Shown here one piece after another: positions 47,234-58,415 of a stretch of DNA of 64,000 nucleotides. Both the position numbers and the translations under genes were made by a program. The DNA is from an uncultured Actinomycetes bacterium (GTDB lineage: Bacteria; Actinomycetota; UBA4738; JBBDTT01), in assembly GCA_963742735.1 (NCBI GenBank), contig CAVUMN010000003.1:898623-962622 (forward strand). The letters are read 5' to 3'. The notes below the pieces were generated by a model. That model had not been told where the DNA came from. It ran no database searches and saw only the letters and a list, made by a program, of their open reading frames with translations. How positions within the stretch are numbered: the first letter of the stretch is position 1; each line of letters begins with the position of its first letter.

Positions 47234-47533
47234 GTGACTACGACGACGCCCGTCCGGCCGGTGGAGGTCGACAAGCCCGCCGACCAGGACGTGAACAAGC
47301 CCGATCGCGTCTGGATCGTCATCGTGTGGAACGACCCGATCAACCTGATGTCCTACGTCACGTTCGTCTTCCAGAAGCTGTTCGGCTACAGCCGCGACGT
47401 CGCGGAGAAGCTGATGTGGCAGGTCCATACGGAGGGCAAGGCCGTCGTCTCGAACGGCAACCGCGAGAAGGCGGAGCTGGACACGTTCCGCCTGCACCGC
47501 CACGGCCTGTGGGCGACCATGCAGAAGGACTGA
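47234..47533 (+). CDS. clpS: ATP-dependent Clp protease adaptor ClpS
   Basis: [27 protein letters not shown]...LM.QVH.EGKAVV...LH..GLWAT. Confidence 0.93.
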   Translation: MTTTTPVRPVEVDKPADQDVNKPDRVWIVIVWNDPINLMSYVTFVFQKLFGYSRDVAEKLMWQVHTEGKAVVSNGNREKAELDTFRLHRHGLWATMQKD

Positions 47534-47534
47534 G

Positions 47535-48042
47535 GTGCCCTTCCTGCGCAAGGTCGGCCGCGGCCGCAACGGCCGCTTCCGGCTGAGCCTGGAGCCCCAC
47601 GAGCGGGAGATCCTGCCGCACCCTCACCGCGGACCTCAGCGACATGCTCGACGGCGACGAACCATCCCTTCGCCGCCTGTTCCCGCCGGCGTACCTGGAC
47701 GATCCCGAACGCGCCGAGGAGTTCGACCGTCTCATGCGCCAGGACCTCCTGGACTCCCACCGCCATCACCTGGACGTCCTGGAGTCCACGGCCGACGCCA
47801 AGGAGCTCACCGAGGAGGAGCTCGAGGCGTGGATGTCGGCCCTCAACGCGATCCGGCTGGCCCTCGGCACCCGCCTGGAGGTCACCGAGGACATGTACGA
47901 CGACGCGATCTCCGAGGCCGATCCCCGCTACCCCGCGTTCGCCCTCTACTTCTACCTCGGCTGGCTCCAAGAGCAGGTCGTGCAGGCCCTGTCCGCCGGG
48001 CTCGACCCCGCCGGGACCGCGGAGGCCCCACCGGGCCTCTAA
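47535..48042 (+). CDS. DUF2017 family protein (single-base indel near 47617)
   Basis: N-terminal LSLEPHEREIL joins LRRLFPPAY.DD...AWMSALNAIRLALGTRLEVTED...YLGWLQEQVVQAL. Typical clpS neighbour. Confidence 0.82.
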
Positions 48043-49700
48043 GCCGAGGAGGCGCTCGGACCCGGCTCGGGGGTGGCGTCCTCGGGGAGCAGCTCGATCG
48101 CCGTGACGTCGAAGAGCCCGAGCGGGTCGAGCACGAACCCTCGGACGTAGGGCTGCACCGCCAGGTGCGACCGGAACCACGCCAGGGGCACCACCGGCAG
48201 GATCTCCAGGGCCGCCCGTTCGGCCTCCGCGAACGCCTCCAGGCGGGCGGCCCGCGAGGCCGCCGCCCGGCCCCGGCCGAGGGCCCGGTCGATCCGCATC
48301 GCGTGGACCCTCGAGTGGTTGTCCGGCGAGCCGGCGGCCAGGAGGGGCTCGAGCATCCCCTGCTGCGTCGCCCCGTCGGCGTCCCACACCAGGCAGAACG
48401 CCCGCTGCGCTCCGCGCTGGAGCCGCGCGCCGTAGGCCTCCTCGTCGAGCAGGCGGGAGGTGATCTCGAACCCGACCGTCTCGAGCTGGGCTTCCAGCGT
48501 CGCCGCCAGCCGCTCCCCCGCCGCGGAGGAGATCACGTCGAGCTCGAAGGCACGGCTCGTCTGCGGGAGCCCCGAGACGAGTCGGGCGGCCTCGACCGGG
48601 TCGTGGGTGCAACGCTCGCCGCACGCGTCGGGGTCGTGCCCCTGGATGCTGGGCGGCACGATCGCCGTTGCCGGCACCGCCAGCTCTCCGTACACGCCCG
48701 ACGCCAGGACCTCCCGGTCCACGGCCAGGCTGACGGCCCGCCGCAGCCGCCCGTCCTGGAATGGCTTGAGCGTCAGGTTGAACCCGCAGTACAGCAGCCG
48801 GGCCAGGGTGATCACGCCCGCCTCCCCGTACGTCGTGCGGGCGGCGGCGAGCGCCGGTGGCGGGACGCTCGCCACGTCGAGGTCCCCCCTCAGGAAGTCC
48901 GACCATCCCTCCTCGGCGCGTTCGAAGACGTCGAAGTCCAGCTGGTCCACGCTCGGGGCGGTCCCGTAGTAGCCCTCGTAGCGATCCAGGTGGATCGGCT
49001 GGCCCAGGCCCCACGGTTCAGCGACCGCGTAGGGCCCGTTGCCGACGGGCTGGGCGTCGAAGTCCAGCCCCGACGCGTCCGGAGGGACGGGCGACAGCGC
49101 GGGGTGGGCCGTGAGCGAGGGAAACCCGGTCCACGGCCGGACCAGGGCGACGCGCAGCGTCCGGTCGTCCACCGCCTCGACCCCGGTCAGCCGGCCCCCC
49201 AGCCGCAGCGTGTGGAACTCCCGGTATCCCACCACCGGCTCGAGCAGGAACGCGTACGGGGAGTGCGTGACGGGATCGGCCAGGCGGTCCCACGCGAACG
49301 TGAAGTCCTCCGCCGTCACCCGGGAGCCGTCGTGAAACGTCACGTCCGGCCGCAGGGTGAACTCGAACGTTCGCCCGCCGTCGAGCGAACGCCACCCCGA
49401 CGCCGTCGCCGGCACCGAGGCCTGGGTGACCGGGTCCATGGCGGTGAGGCCGTCGAACGCCTGGGCGATCACCAGCAGCCCGCTGGTGGAGTCGACGTGG
49501 GCGGGGTCGATGCTGGCCGGCTCGTCGATCCCGACCCGCAGGGCGGTGGGGATGGAGATCGTGGGCGGCGGCGGCCCGCGGTCGGGCTCCGGGGCCGTCG
49601 TGCACGCGGCCAGGGCGAACGCCATGAGCCCGGTGAGGAGGATGCGGCTCGGTGCGGGTCGGCTCAGCGGGTCGGGGACGTCAGTCCCACTGCCACGCAA
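48039..49700 (-). CDS. ABC transporter substrate-binding lipoprotein, family 5 (peptide/nickel)
   Basis: Lipobox LAAC, EPASIDP, FTLRPDVTFHDGS.VTAEDF, PVGNGPY, LRRAVSLAVDR. Start uncertain. Confidence 0.85.
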   Translation of the reverse strand: MRGSGTDVPDPLSRPAPSRILLTGLMAFALAACTTAPEPDRGPPPPTISIPTALRVGIDEPASIDPAHVDSTSGLLVIAQAFDGLTAMDPVTQASVPATASGWRSLDGGRTFEFTLRPDVTFHDGSRVTAEDFTFAWDRLADPVTHSPYAFLLEPVVGYREFHTLRLGGRLTGVEAVDDRTLRVALVRPWTGFPSLTAHPALSPVPPDASGLDFDAQPVGNGPYAVAEPWGLGQPIHLDRYEGYYGTAPSVDQLDFDVFERAEEGWSDFLRGDLDVASVPPPALAAARTTYGEAGVITLARLLYCGFNLTLKPFQDGRLRRAVSLAVDREVLASGVYGELAVPATAIVPPSIQGHDPDACGERCTHDPVEAARLVSGLPQTSRAFELDVISSAAGERLAATLEAQLETVGFEITSRLLDEEAYGARLQRGAQRAFCLVWDADGATQQGMLEPLLAAGSPDNHSRVHAMRIDRALGRGRAAASRAARLEAFAEAERAALEILPVVPLAWFRSHLAVQPYVRGFVLDPLGLFDVTAIELLPEDATPEPGPSASSA

Positions 49701-49906
49701 GCCAGAAGGTGGTCAGCCCGAACACGACCGCCGTGACGACGGTGATCCGGTCCAGGTTGCGCTCGACGGCCGTGCCCCCCGAGAGGTTGCTCTGGCCCCC
49801 GAACATGTCCGAGAGCCCGCCGCCCTTCCCCGAGTGCAGCAGCACGAACAGCGATCAGGAAGAGGCTGGCGATGATGTGCACGATGAGCACCGCGACGTC
49901 GAGCAT
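49681..49906 (-). CDS. secG: preprotein translocase subunit SecG (single-base indel near 49850)
   Basis: MLDVAVLIVHIIASLFLI joins FVLLHSGKGGGLSDMFGG...AVERNLDRITVV...WQWD*. Confidence 0.88.
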
Positions 49907-49921
49907 GAGGCCTGCAGAATA

Positions 49922-51115
<1,194 letters not shown>

Positions 51116-51119
<4 letters not shown>

Positions 51120-52129
51120 GCGCGGGCTGCGACCTCCTCCGCGAAGATGCGCTCCTTCTCCTGGAGCGGGAGGTGGCATGCCGACGCGTGATGGCCGTCC
51201 GAGGCCAGCAACGCCGGGACCTCCTTGTCGCACGGCTCGAAGCGATGCGGGCAGCGGGGGTGGAACGAGCATCCCGGGGGGACATGGATCAGTGAGGGCG
51301 GCAGGCCCTGGATCGGGTGGAGCCGCTCGCTGCGGTCGCTGTCCATGCGGGGGATCGACTGCAGCAGGCCCCAGGTGTACGGATGGTGCGCCCGGTAGTA
51401 GATGTCGCGGGCGGTCCCGGTCTCCGCGATCTTCCCCGCGTACATGACGTTGATCTCGTCGCAGTGCTCGGCGACCACGCCCAGGTCGTGGGTGATGATC
51501 ACGACGGCCGCGTTGAACTCCTCCTTCAGGCGGTCGATCAGGTCCAGGATCTGGGCCTGCACGGTCACGTCGAGCGCCGTCGTGGGCTCGTCGGCGATCA
51601 GCAGGTCCGGGTTGAGGGCGAGGGCCATGGCGATCATCGCCCGCTGCCGCATGCCGCCGGAGAACTCGTGTGGGTACTGGTCCACGCGCTCGTCGGGCTT
51701 GGAGATGCCCACCCGCCGCAGCATCTCGATGGCCTGGCCGTGGGCGTCCTTCTTGGAGATGTCCTGGTGGGCCTGAAGGGCCTCAACGATCTGGAAGCCG
51801 ACCTTGAACAGCGGGTGGAGCGAGGTCATCGGGTCCTGGAAGACCATCGCCATGCCGGCGCCTCGGATCTCCCGCATCTCCTCGGCGGGGAGCTTCAGCA
51901 CGTCCCGGCCGTTGAAGATGATCTCGCCCTCGATCTTCGCCTGCTTGCGCGTGATCAGCTGCATCACGGTGAGGAAGGTGACGCTCTTGCCGGAGCCGGA
52001 CTCCCCCACGACGCCCAGCGTCTCGCCGCGCTCGACGTTGAACGAGACACCGTCGACCGACTTCACGACGCCGTCGGCCGTCTCGAAGTGGACCTTCAGG
52101 TCCCGTACCTCGAGGAGCGGATCACCCAC
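51116..52129 (-). CDS. oppD: oligopeptide ABC transporter ATP-binding protein OppD/DppD
   Basis: GESGSGKS, FQDPMTSL, FSGGMRQR, ADEPTTALD, HPYT, GCSFHPRCP. Confidence 0.92.
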
Positions 52130-52153
52130 GAGGGGCGCTCACCATTCCGCGCG

Positions 52154-53119
52154 TCACGAATACCTCACGCGCGGGTCCAGGTATGCATACGTGATGTCCA
52201 CCAGGAGATTGAACAACGTAATGAAGAACGCCGTGAACACCGTGACCGCCAGGATCACCGGCAGGTCGTTGTCTCGTACCGCGTTGATCGAATACGTGCC
52301 CAGGCCCCGGAGGTTGAACACCGATTCGGTGACGATGGCCCCTCCCAGGAGTCCCCCCATGTCCAGGCCGAACTGGGTGACCACTGGGGTCAGGCTGGAC
52401 CGCAGCCCGTGCCGGAAGATGACCCGCCGCTCGGTGAGGCCCTTGGCCCGCGCCGTACGGATGTAGTCCTCGGACATGGTCTCGATCATCGATCCCCTGA
52501 GCATCCGCGCGTAGAACGCGGCGAACAGCAACGACAGGACCGCCCACGGCATGACCATGTGGTTTGCCCAGGTTAAGGGGTTCTCGCTGAAGGGCACGTA
52601 CCCCGTTCCGGCGGCGATCCCGAGCTTGTTCCAGAAGATGAACAGGAACAGCAGGGCCAGCCAGAACACGGGCATGGATACCCCGACCAGGGCGAAGCCC
52701 ATGGCCGCTCGGTCGACCTTGGTGCCCCGTTTCAAGGCCGAGATGATCCCGATAGGGATCCCCAGGACGAGCCAGAAGACGGCTCCCCCGATCGCCAGCT
52801 GCACGGTCACCCCCAGCCGGCTGAAGATCTCGTCGCGGATCGCGGAGCGCGTGTAGAACGATTCACCGAATCCCGGCCAGCCGAACTCGTCGCCCAGGAC
52901 CAGCCGCCTCACGAACAGGAAGTACTGGTCGGGGACGGACTTGTCCAGCCCGAACTGGCGGCGGACCTCGGCGATCAGCTCGTCCGTCGGCTGGCGTCCC
53001 GCGAAGGTGATGGCGGGATCGGACGACGGAAGCAAGAAGAAGATGGCGAACGTGACGAGGGTGATGACGAGCAACACCAAGAGCATCCACAAGACCCTGC
53101 GGACGATGTACCGGCCCAT
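52154..53119 (-). CDS. oppB: oligopeptide ABC transporter permease OppB/DppB
   Basis: YIVRR..., GLDK...QY, EDYIRTARAKGL..R.V..RH.LR, E.VF...GLG, DITYAYLDPRVR. Confidence 0.92.
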   Translation of the reverse strand: MGRYIVRRVLWMLLVLLVITLVTFAIFFLLPSSDPAITFAGRQPTDELIAEVRRQFGLDKSVPDQYFLFVRRLVLGDEFGWPGFGESFYTRSAIRDEIFSRLGVTVQLAIGGAVFWLVLGIPIGIISALKRGTKVDRAAMGFALVGVSMPVFWLALLFLFIFWNKLGIAAGTGYVPFSENPLTWANHMVMPWAVLSLLFAAFYARMLRGSMIETMSEDYIRTARAKGLTERRVIFRHGLRSSLTPVVTQFGLDMGGLLGGAIVTESVFNLRGLGTYSINAVRDNDLPVILAVTVFTAFFITLFNLLVDITYAYLDPRVRYS

Positions 53120-53173
53120 GGAGCACCTCCCGCGCGCCGGCCTCGTCGTCCGGCGCCATCGATTCTAGTGGGG

Positions 53174-53205
53174 GGGAGAGCCGCCCCGCGAGGGGCGGCT
53201 CTCCC
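53174..53205 (-). terminator. stem-loop after the substrate-binding gene (partial terminator or mRNA stabiliser)
   Basis: GGGAGAGCCGCCCC-GCGA-GGGGCGGCTCTCCC, a perfect 14-bp stem between oppA and oppB. Confidence 0.72.
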
Positions 53206-53231
53206 ATCCCATCTACCCTGCTCAGCCCGTG

Positions 53232-55145
53232 TCAGTCCAGGGTCTTCTGACCCGTCTGCTTCGACACGTCGACTGCGACCTTCGAGTACGCGGCCTCACC
53301 CGCGAACTGGTCGTAGTCGTACTTGGCAACGCCCGGACCGAGGATGTCGTTGTTCGTGGCCCACAGCATCGGGGCCCACATCACGACTTCCTCCATGAGC
53401 TGGCGATCGAGATCGACCCAGCAGTCCGTCCGCTCCTGACCGTCGAGTGCGGAGCACTCATCGATCTTGGCATCGACGTTCGGCACTCCCTCGATCACGC
53501 GCCCGGCCTCGTCGGCGATCCCACACTCGGCCGCCTTCTCCGCCGTCAGCCCGACGAGGGCGTAGTTGGAGTTGGCACCCGGGGTGCAGGAGATGTTGCG
53601 ACCGTCGAAGAGGACCGCGAACGTGGAGGGGTCACCGTAGTCCTTGCCCCATCCAGCGTTGATCGCGATCGGGAACTGCCGCTTGACGTCGGCCAGCTGT
53701 GCGTACGCCGTCCCGGTGTCGAGCTCGCGGATGTTGAAGGTCAATCCGAGCTCGCTCAGGGACTCCTCAACCGCCGGGGCCTGGTCGACCTGAGGCGGAG
53801 AGTTCCGGGTCAAGAACAGGATGTCCTTGCACTCCGGGGCGTCACAGACGCCGTCGCCGTTGCTGTCGTACTTGCTCGCCTTGATGAACTCCTTGGCGGC
53901 CTCGACATCCCCAGCGAAGTCCGTGCTGGGGTACGGGTCGTACTCCGTGTTCGTCGGGGTACCACCCGTCATCTCCGGCGGCAGCACGTGCGTGCCGATC
54001 TCACCGGTCGTGGGGCCACCACGGATGCGACGCAGCTGGTCCTTGTTGATGGCCTGGTTGACCGCCTTCCGGATGTTGACATCGTCGAACGGCGGCAGGG
54101 TCAGGTTCATCGTGATGTACCAGGTGCGGTCGCCCGGAAAGACCTGGAGACGGTCCTTGAACTCCGGGTTCGTGGCGTACTTCTGGAGCACCTGCGGCGG
54201 GGCCGTCGCGACCTCGCCCTCTACCTCGCCCGCTTCGATCTTGTTGAAGATGTCCTCGTTGTTGGTGTTGATCGTGAAGAGGAGACCATCAACGTTGTTC
54301 TCGCGGACTTCCTTGCTGTCGGTCGCGGCGTCGTATTCGGGGTTCCGAACGAAGGCGAGCCGCTCCGCCGGGTCGAACCCGGAGATCGGCTTCATCGCCT
54401 TGCAGTCCTCCGGCGCGCCGGTGATGTCCAGCTGGTCGGAGCCCTGAATCATGTACGGACCGGACGAGATGACGTACCGGCCGTACTCACCCGCGTTGAC
54501 CCAGCAGTCGGAGACCTCCGCCGGGAACGGTGCCGTTGCCGGCATCGCCAGACGGAACATGATGTCGCCGACGGGCTTCGTGAGCGTGATCTTCAGCGTC
54601 TTGTCGTCGACCGCCTCCACGCCCGAGATGTCGCCCTTCGCGCCGCCTTCGGTGAACTCGGCGAGGCCGGCGATCTCGGTGTAGTAGAACCCGTACTGGG
54701 CTGCGGCGGACGGCAAGCCGATGCGCTTGAACGCCGTCACGAAGTCCTGTGCCGTGATCTCCCGGTTCACCGGAGGCCCGAACTTGATCCCGTTCTTGAG
54801 GGTGAACTCGTACGTGAGTCCATCCGCCGACGGCTCGGGAACCTCAGTGGCGAGGTCCGGGACGATCTCCGCTCCGGCCGTCCCGCTGGTGTGCTTGTAC
54901 GTCACCAGGTTCCGGAGGAGCAGGTTGCTGTACAGCGCCCAGGCCCAACCCAGGTACTCACCGGTGGGATCGAACCCGCCGTTGAACCCGAAGTCGGTGT
55001 CCACCTGAACGCGGTAGATACCACCCTGGGGACCCACGGATACGGTCGGCTCCTCGCCGGAGTCGCCTCCACAGGCGGCACCGACCAGCGCGACCACCGC
55101 GAGCACCGCGATGAGTCTCAACATTTTCTTGCTTCTCAAAACCAT
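53232..55145 (-). CDS. oppA: oligopeptide ABC transporter substrate-binding lipoprotein OppA/DppA
   Basis: Lipobox GAAC-GG, VPDLA..P..S.DG.TY.F.L..GIKF, SGPY, PPFDD..IRKAVN.A.NK. Confidence 0.9.
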   Translation of the reverse strand: MVLRSKKMLRLIAVLAVVALVGAACGGDSGEEPTVSVGPQGGIYRVQVDTDFGFNGGFDPTGEYLGWAWALYSNLLLRNLVTYKHTSGTAGAEIVPDLATEVPEPSADGLTYEFTLKNGIKFGPPVNREITAQDFVTAFKRIGLPSAAAQYGFYYTEIAGLAEFTEGGAKGDISGVEAVDDKTLKITLTKPVGDIMFRLAMPATAPFPAEVSDCWVNAGEYGRYVISSGPYMIQGSDQLDITGAPEDCKAMKPISGFDPAERLAFVRNPEYDAATDSKEVRENNVDGLLFTINTNNEDIFNKIEAGEVEGEVATAPPQVLQKYATNPEFKDRLQVFPGDRTWYITMNLTLPPFDDVNIRKAVNQAINKDQLRRIRGGPTTGEIGTHVLPPEMTGGTPTNTEYDPYPSTDFAGDVEAAKEFIKASKYDSNGDGVCDAPECKDILFLTRNSPPQVDQAPAVEESLSELGLTFNIRELDTGTAYAQLADVKRQFPIAINAGWGKDYGDPSTFAVLFDGRNISCTPGANSNYALVGLTAEKAAECGIADEAGRVIEGVPNVDAKIDECSALDGQERTDCWVDLDRQLMEEVVMWAPMLWATNNDILGPGVAKYDYDQFAGEAAYSKVAVDVSKQTGQKTLD

Positions 55146-55233
55146 TCCCCCTCTCAAAGGGCTCGGGAGTCCTAGCTACAACCTCGTAGTGGTGTCTCGT
55201 GTGCTCCGGGCCCCTCCTTTCGGCATTGTCGGT

Positions 55234-56220
55234 TCAGCCCCGGCCCGTCTTCGGGTCGAGGGCGTCTCGCAGGCCGTCCCCCAGCAGGTTGAACGCGAGC
55301 GTCGTCGCGAACAGGAACAGACCGGGGAACACCATGAGCCACCACGTGACCTGGAAGGTCCGGGCGGCGTCGGAAAGCATTCGGCCCCACGAAGGGATGT
55401 TCGAGGGGAGGCCGAGGCCCAGGAACGACAGGTAGGCCTCGAACAGGATGTTGGCCGGGATGATCAGCGTGGAGTACACCAGGATCGGGGCCATCAGGTT
55501 GGGCAGGATCTCCTTGAACATGATCCGGCGGTTGGTGGCGCCCAGCGATCGGGAGGCCTCCACGAACTCCTTCTCGCGGATGGACAGGGTGCTCCCCCGG
55601 ACGATGCGGGCGATGTACGGCCAGGAGAAGAACGCGATGACGGCGACGACCACGGGCATCCCCGGTTTGAGGAGGCCTCCGAGGCACCCCTCCTTCGTCG
55701 TGGAGCACGCGGCCACGATGCCGATCGCGAACAGCAGGATCGGCATCGAAAGGATGATGTCGATGATGCGCGAGATGATGGTGTCGGTCGCGCCCTTGAA
55801 GTACCCGGCGAGCACCCCGAGCGTCACCCCGATGGCCACCGACACCGCCGTGGCGATGAGCGCGACCGTCATCGAGGTGCGGATGCCGTAGATCACCCGC
55901 ACGAACAGGTCTCGGCCGAGCGAGCCGTCCGCGCCGAACCAGAAGTCCTTGTTCGGCCCCAGGGGCAGGCCGAACTCATTGGTCATCAGCTTGGAGAACT
56001 GCTGGTTGGGGCCGTGGCCGACGAGCTTGGAGATGAGCGGCGCCAGGATTCCGGCCAGAATCAGCAGGATGATGAATCCCAACCCCACGAACGCCATGCG
56101 GTCCTTGCGGAACCGTCGCCAGAACAGCTGCCAGGGCGAGCGGCCGACGATCCGTAGGGTGGGGTCTCCCGGGATGGCCTGTTCGACCGCGGCGGTGGGG
56201 TCGGCTTGGACGGTGCTCAT
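55234..56220 (-). CDS. oppC: oligopeptide ABC transporter permease OppC/DppC
   Basis: SPWQLFWRRF, FG.D..GRD.F.RV.YG.R.S, ARIVRG..LS.RE.EFVEA.R.LGA, LSFLGLG, FNLLGDGLRDALDP. Confidence 0.92.
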   Translation of the reverse strand: MSTVQADPTAAVEQAIPGDPTLRIVGRSPWQLFWRRFRKDRMAFVGLGFIILLILAGILAPLISKLVGHGPNQQFSKLMTNEFGLPLGPNKDFWFGADGSLGRDLFVRVIYGIRTSMTVALIATAVSVAIGVTLGVLAGYFKGATDTIISRIIDIILSMPILLFAIGIVAACSTTKEGCLGGLLKPGMPVVVAVIAFFSWPYIARIVRGSTLSIREKEFVEASRSLGATNRRIMFKEILPNLMAPILVYSTLIIPANILFEAYLSFLGLGLPSNIPSWGRMLSDAARTFQVTWWLMVFPGLFLFATTLAFNLLGDGLRDALDPKTGRG

Positions 56221-56353
56221 CCGGTCCGGTTCTCCAGGACGGCGTGCGTGTGGGCGCCCCGAAGGGACGCTCCTATCCCCTTATACGGGCGGGGTGTACG
56301 GGCGGGATTGGGGCTTCGTTGCCGCACCGAGGGGGAATCCTGCCCGTTTCTTG

Positions 56354-57622
56354 TCAACCTTGCAACAGCGAGGCGAGCCCGGGGAGGATGTCGATCCCCT
56401 GCAGGTGGCCCAGCTTGCCGTCCCTCGAGGCGTGCTCTCCGAACGTGCCGACCCCGTCCTGAGACACCCCCGGCCCGGTTACCAGAAGGGGAACCGGGTC
56501 GTCCGTGTGGGCCTTCCGCACGCAGGAGGTGGAATGGTCGGCCGTGACGGCCACGAGCGTGCGGTCGTCGAGCAGGGGCAGGACCGTCCCGAAGAACGCG
56601 TCGTCGATGGCCTCGATGATGTCGCGCTTGTCGAACGCACGGCCGTCGTGGGCCGGCACGTCCGGCCCCTTGATGTGGATGTACAGGGCGTCGAACCCCC
56701 CCAGGGCTTCCGCGGCGAGCGCGCCCCACGCCGCGTAGCGCTCCCGGTCCTCCCCCAGCAGGGGCGCCTCCACGGGCGACATCCCGAGCAGGAGCGAGAT
56801 CCCGCGCTCCACGGGCATCTCCACGAAGCACCCCCAGGCGGGCCCGAACCGCTTCTGGATCGGCTCCAGCCGGGGCACGTGGTCACCCGCGTCGCGGGTC
56901 AGGACGAGGTTCGCCGGCAGACGGCCGGCGCCGCGCCGCCCCGCGTTGATCTCCGAGCGGTCCAGGAGCTCGGCCGAACGGCGCACGAACTCGTTGGTCA
57001 GGTCGGCCGAGCGGCGGGCGGCGTCGGTCTCCTCCAGGGGCTCCGCCCACGCCACGCGGTTCGGGAAGGTCTCCAGCGCCACGCCGAGGGACCCCTGCTT
57101 CACGTAGGCCGGGTCGGTGTTGGACACCGCGGCGGACAGGGGGCCTTCCTCGCAGCGGATCACCAGGGCCCCGCGGTGCTCGACGGTGGCCCGGAGCTCG
57201 AAGGTGGCCTGGTGGGTCTCCAGCACCAGGCCGCGGTTGACCTCCTCCGCCAGCGCCTGGGCCTCCTCGGAGGTCAGGTCCCGGCCCACGCGGCGGTCGG
57301 CGATCTCGCCGCCGTCCTGGGTGGCGAAGTTGGTCCGGTGGGCCACCTCGCCGTCGTGGAACTCCATGTCGCTGCCGATGGCCTCGAGCACGCCTCGGCC
57401 GGGGTGCTCGTCGTGGGGGTCGTAGCCCAGGATCGCGAACACCGCGATGTCGGACTCGGGGGCGATCCCCTCGCCGACGGTGGTCACGTAGCCGTTCCGC
57501 CCCCGGGAGGCCAGGGAGTCGAGGAACGGGGTCCGGGCGGCCTCCAGCGGAGTGAGCCCGTCGAGGTCCGGATGCGGATCGTCTCCCAGCCCGTCCAGGC
57601 ACACGTACAGAAGCCGGTTCAC
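56354..57622 (-). CDS. apgM: 2,3-bisphosphoglycerate-independent phosphoglycerate mutase, archaeal ApgM type
   Basis: DGLGD.P...L.G.TPLEAA.TP..D, PESD.A...ILGYDP, GRG..EA.G, DRRVGR, HIKGPD.PAHDG, TADHST, HT.DPVP. Confidence 0.88.
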   Translation of the reverse strand: MNRLLYVCLDGLGDDPHPDLDGLTPLEAARTPFLDSLASRGRNGYVTTVGEGIAPESDIAVFAILGYDPHDEHPGRGVLEAIGSDMEFHDGEVAHRTNFATQDGGEIADRRVGRDLTSEEAQALAEEVNRGLVLETHQATFELRATVEHRGALVIRCEEGPLSAAVSNTDPAYVKQGSLGVALETFPNRVAWAEPLEETDAARRSADLTNEFVRRSAELLDRSEINAGRRGAGRLPANLVLTRDAGDHVPRLEPIQKRFGPAWGCFVEMPVERGISLLLGMSPVEAPLLGEDRERYAAWGALAAEALGGFDALYIHIKGPDVPAHDGRAFDKRDIIEAIDDAFFGTVLPLLDDRTLVAVTADHSTSCVRKAHTDDPVPLLVTGPGVSQDGVGTFGEHASRDGKLGHLQGIDILPGLASLLQG

Positions 57623-57641
57623 CGTCCGTTCCCTCCCGGGC

Positions 57642-58412
57642 TCAGTCGTACTGGAGGATCAGCGCGAACTCCTCAGGGTCCAGGCTGGCGCCGCCGACGA
57701 GGGCGCCGTCGATCTCGGGGTGGGCCATGAACTCCCGGACGTTCCCGGCCTTCACGCTCCCCCCGTACTGCACACGGACCGCCGCCGCCACCTCCGGCGA
57801 GAACAGGCTCGACAGCGTCTCGCGGATCCCCTCGATGACCTCGCCGGCGTCGGCCGCCGACGCGTTCTTGCCGGTGCCTATGGCCCAGATCGGCTCGTAG
57901 GCGACGACGACCTTCGCGGCCTCGTCCTCCCCCACGCCGCCCAGCCCCGCCTTGATCTGTCCGACGACCTTCTCCTGGGTCCGCCCGGCCTCGCGTTCGG
58001 CGAGGGTCTCGCCGACGCACAGGATCGGCGTCATCTCGTGAGCGAACACAGCCTTGACCTTCTTCGCGACCAGGTCGTCCGTCTCCCCGAAGATCTCGCG
58101 GCGCTCGGAGTGGCCGACGATGACGTACGAGACCTTGAGGGCCTGGAGCATGCCGGGGCTGACCTCGCCGGTGAACGCCCCCTTCTCCTCGAAGAACACG
58201 TTCTGGGCCCCGACCAGGTACTGCAGCCGATCGCCGTCGATCAGGGTCTGCACGCTTCGGATCGCCGTGAACGCCGGGCAGATCACCACCTCCACGGTCT
58301 CGGCCCGGCCCTCGTCGAGCAGGTAGGAGAGCTTCTGGACGGCCTGGATGGCCTCCAGGTGGGTGAGGTGCATCTTCCAGTTCGCGGCGATGATCGGCCG
58401 GCGGTCGGACAT
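57642..58412 (-). CDS. tpiA: triose-phosphate isomerase
   Basis: AANWKM, GAFTGEVS, VGHSERR, AYEPIWAIGTGK, QYGGSVK, LVGGASL. Confidence 0.97.
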   Translation of the reverse strand: MSDRRPIIAANWKMHLTHLEAIQAVQKLSYLLDEGRAETVEVVICPAFTAIRSVQTLIDGDRLQYLVGAQNVFFEEKGAFTGEVSPGMLQALKVSYVIVGHSERREIFGETDDLVAKKVKAVFAHEMTPILCVGETLAEREAGRTQEKVVGQIKAGLGGVGEDEAAKVVVAYEPIWAIGTGKNASAADAGEVIEGIRETLSSLFSPEVAAAVRVQYGGSVKAGNVREFMAHPEIDGALVGGASLDPEEFALILQYD

Positions 58413-58415
58413 GGT

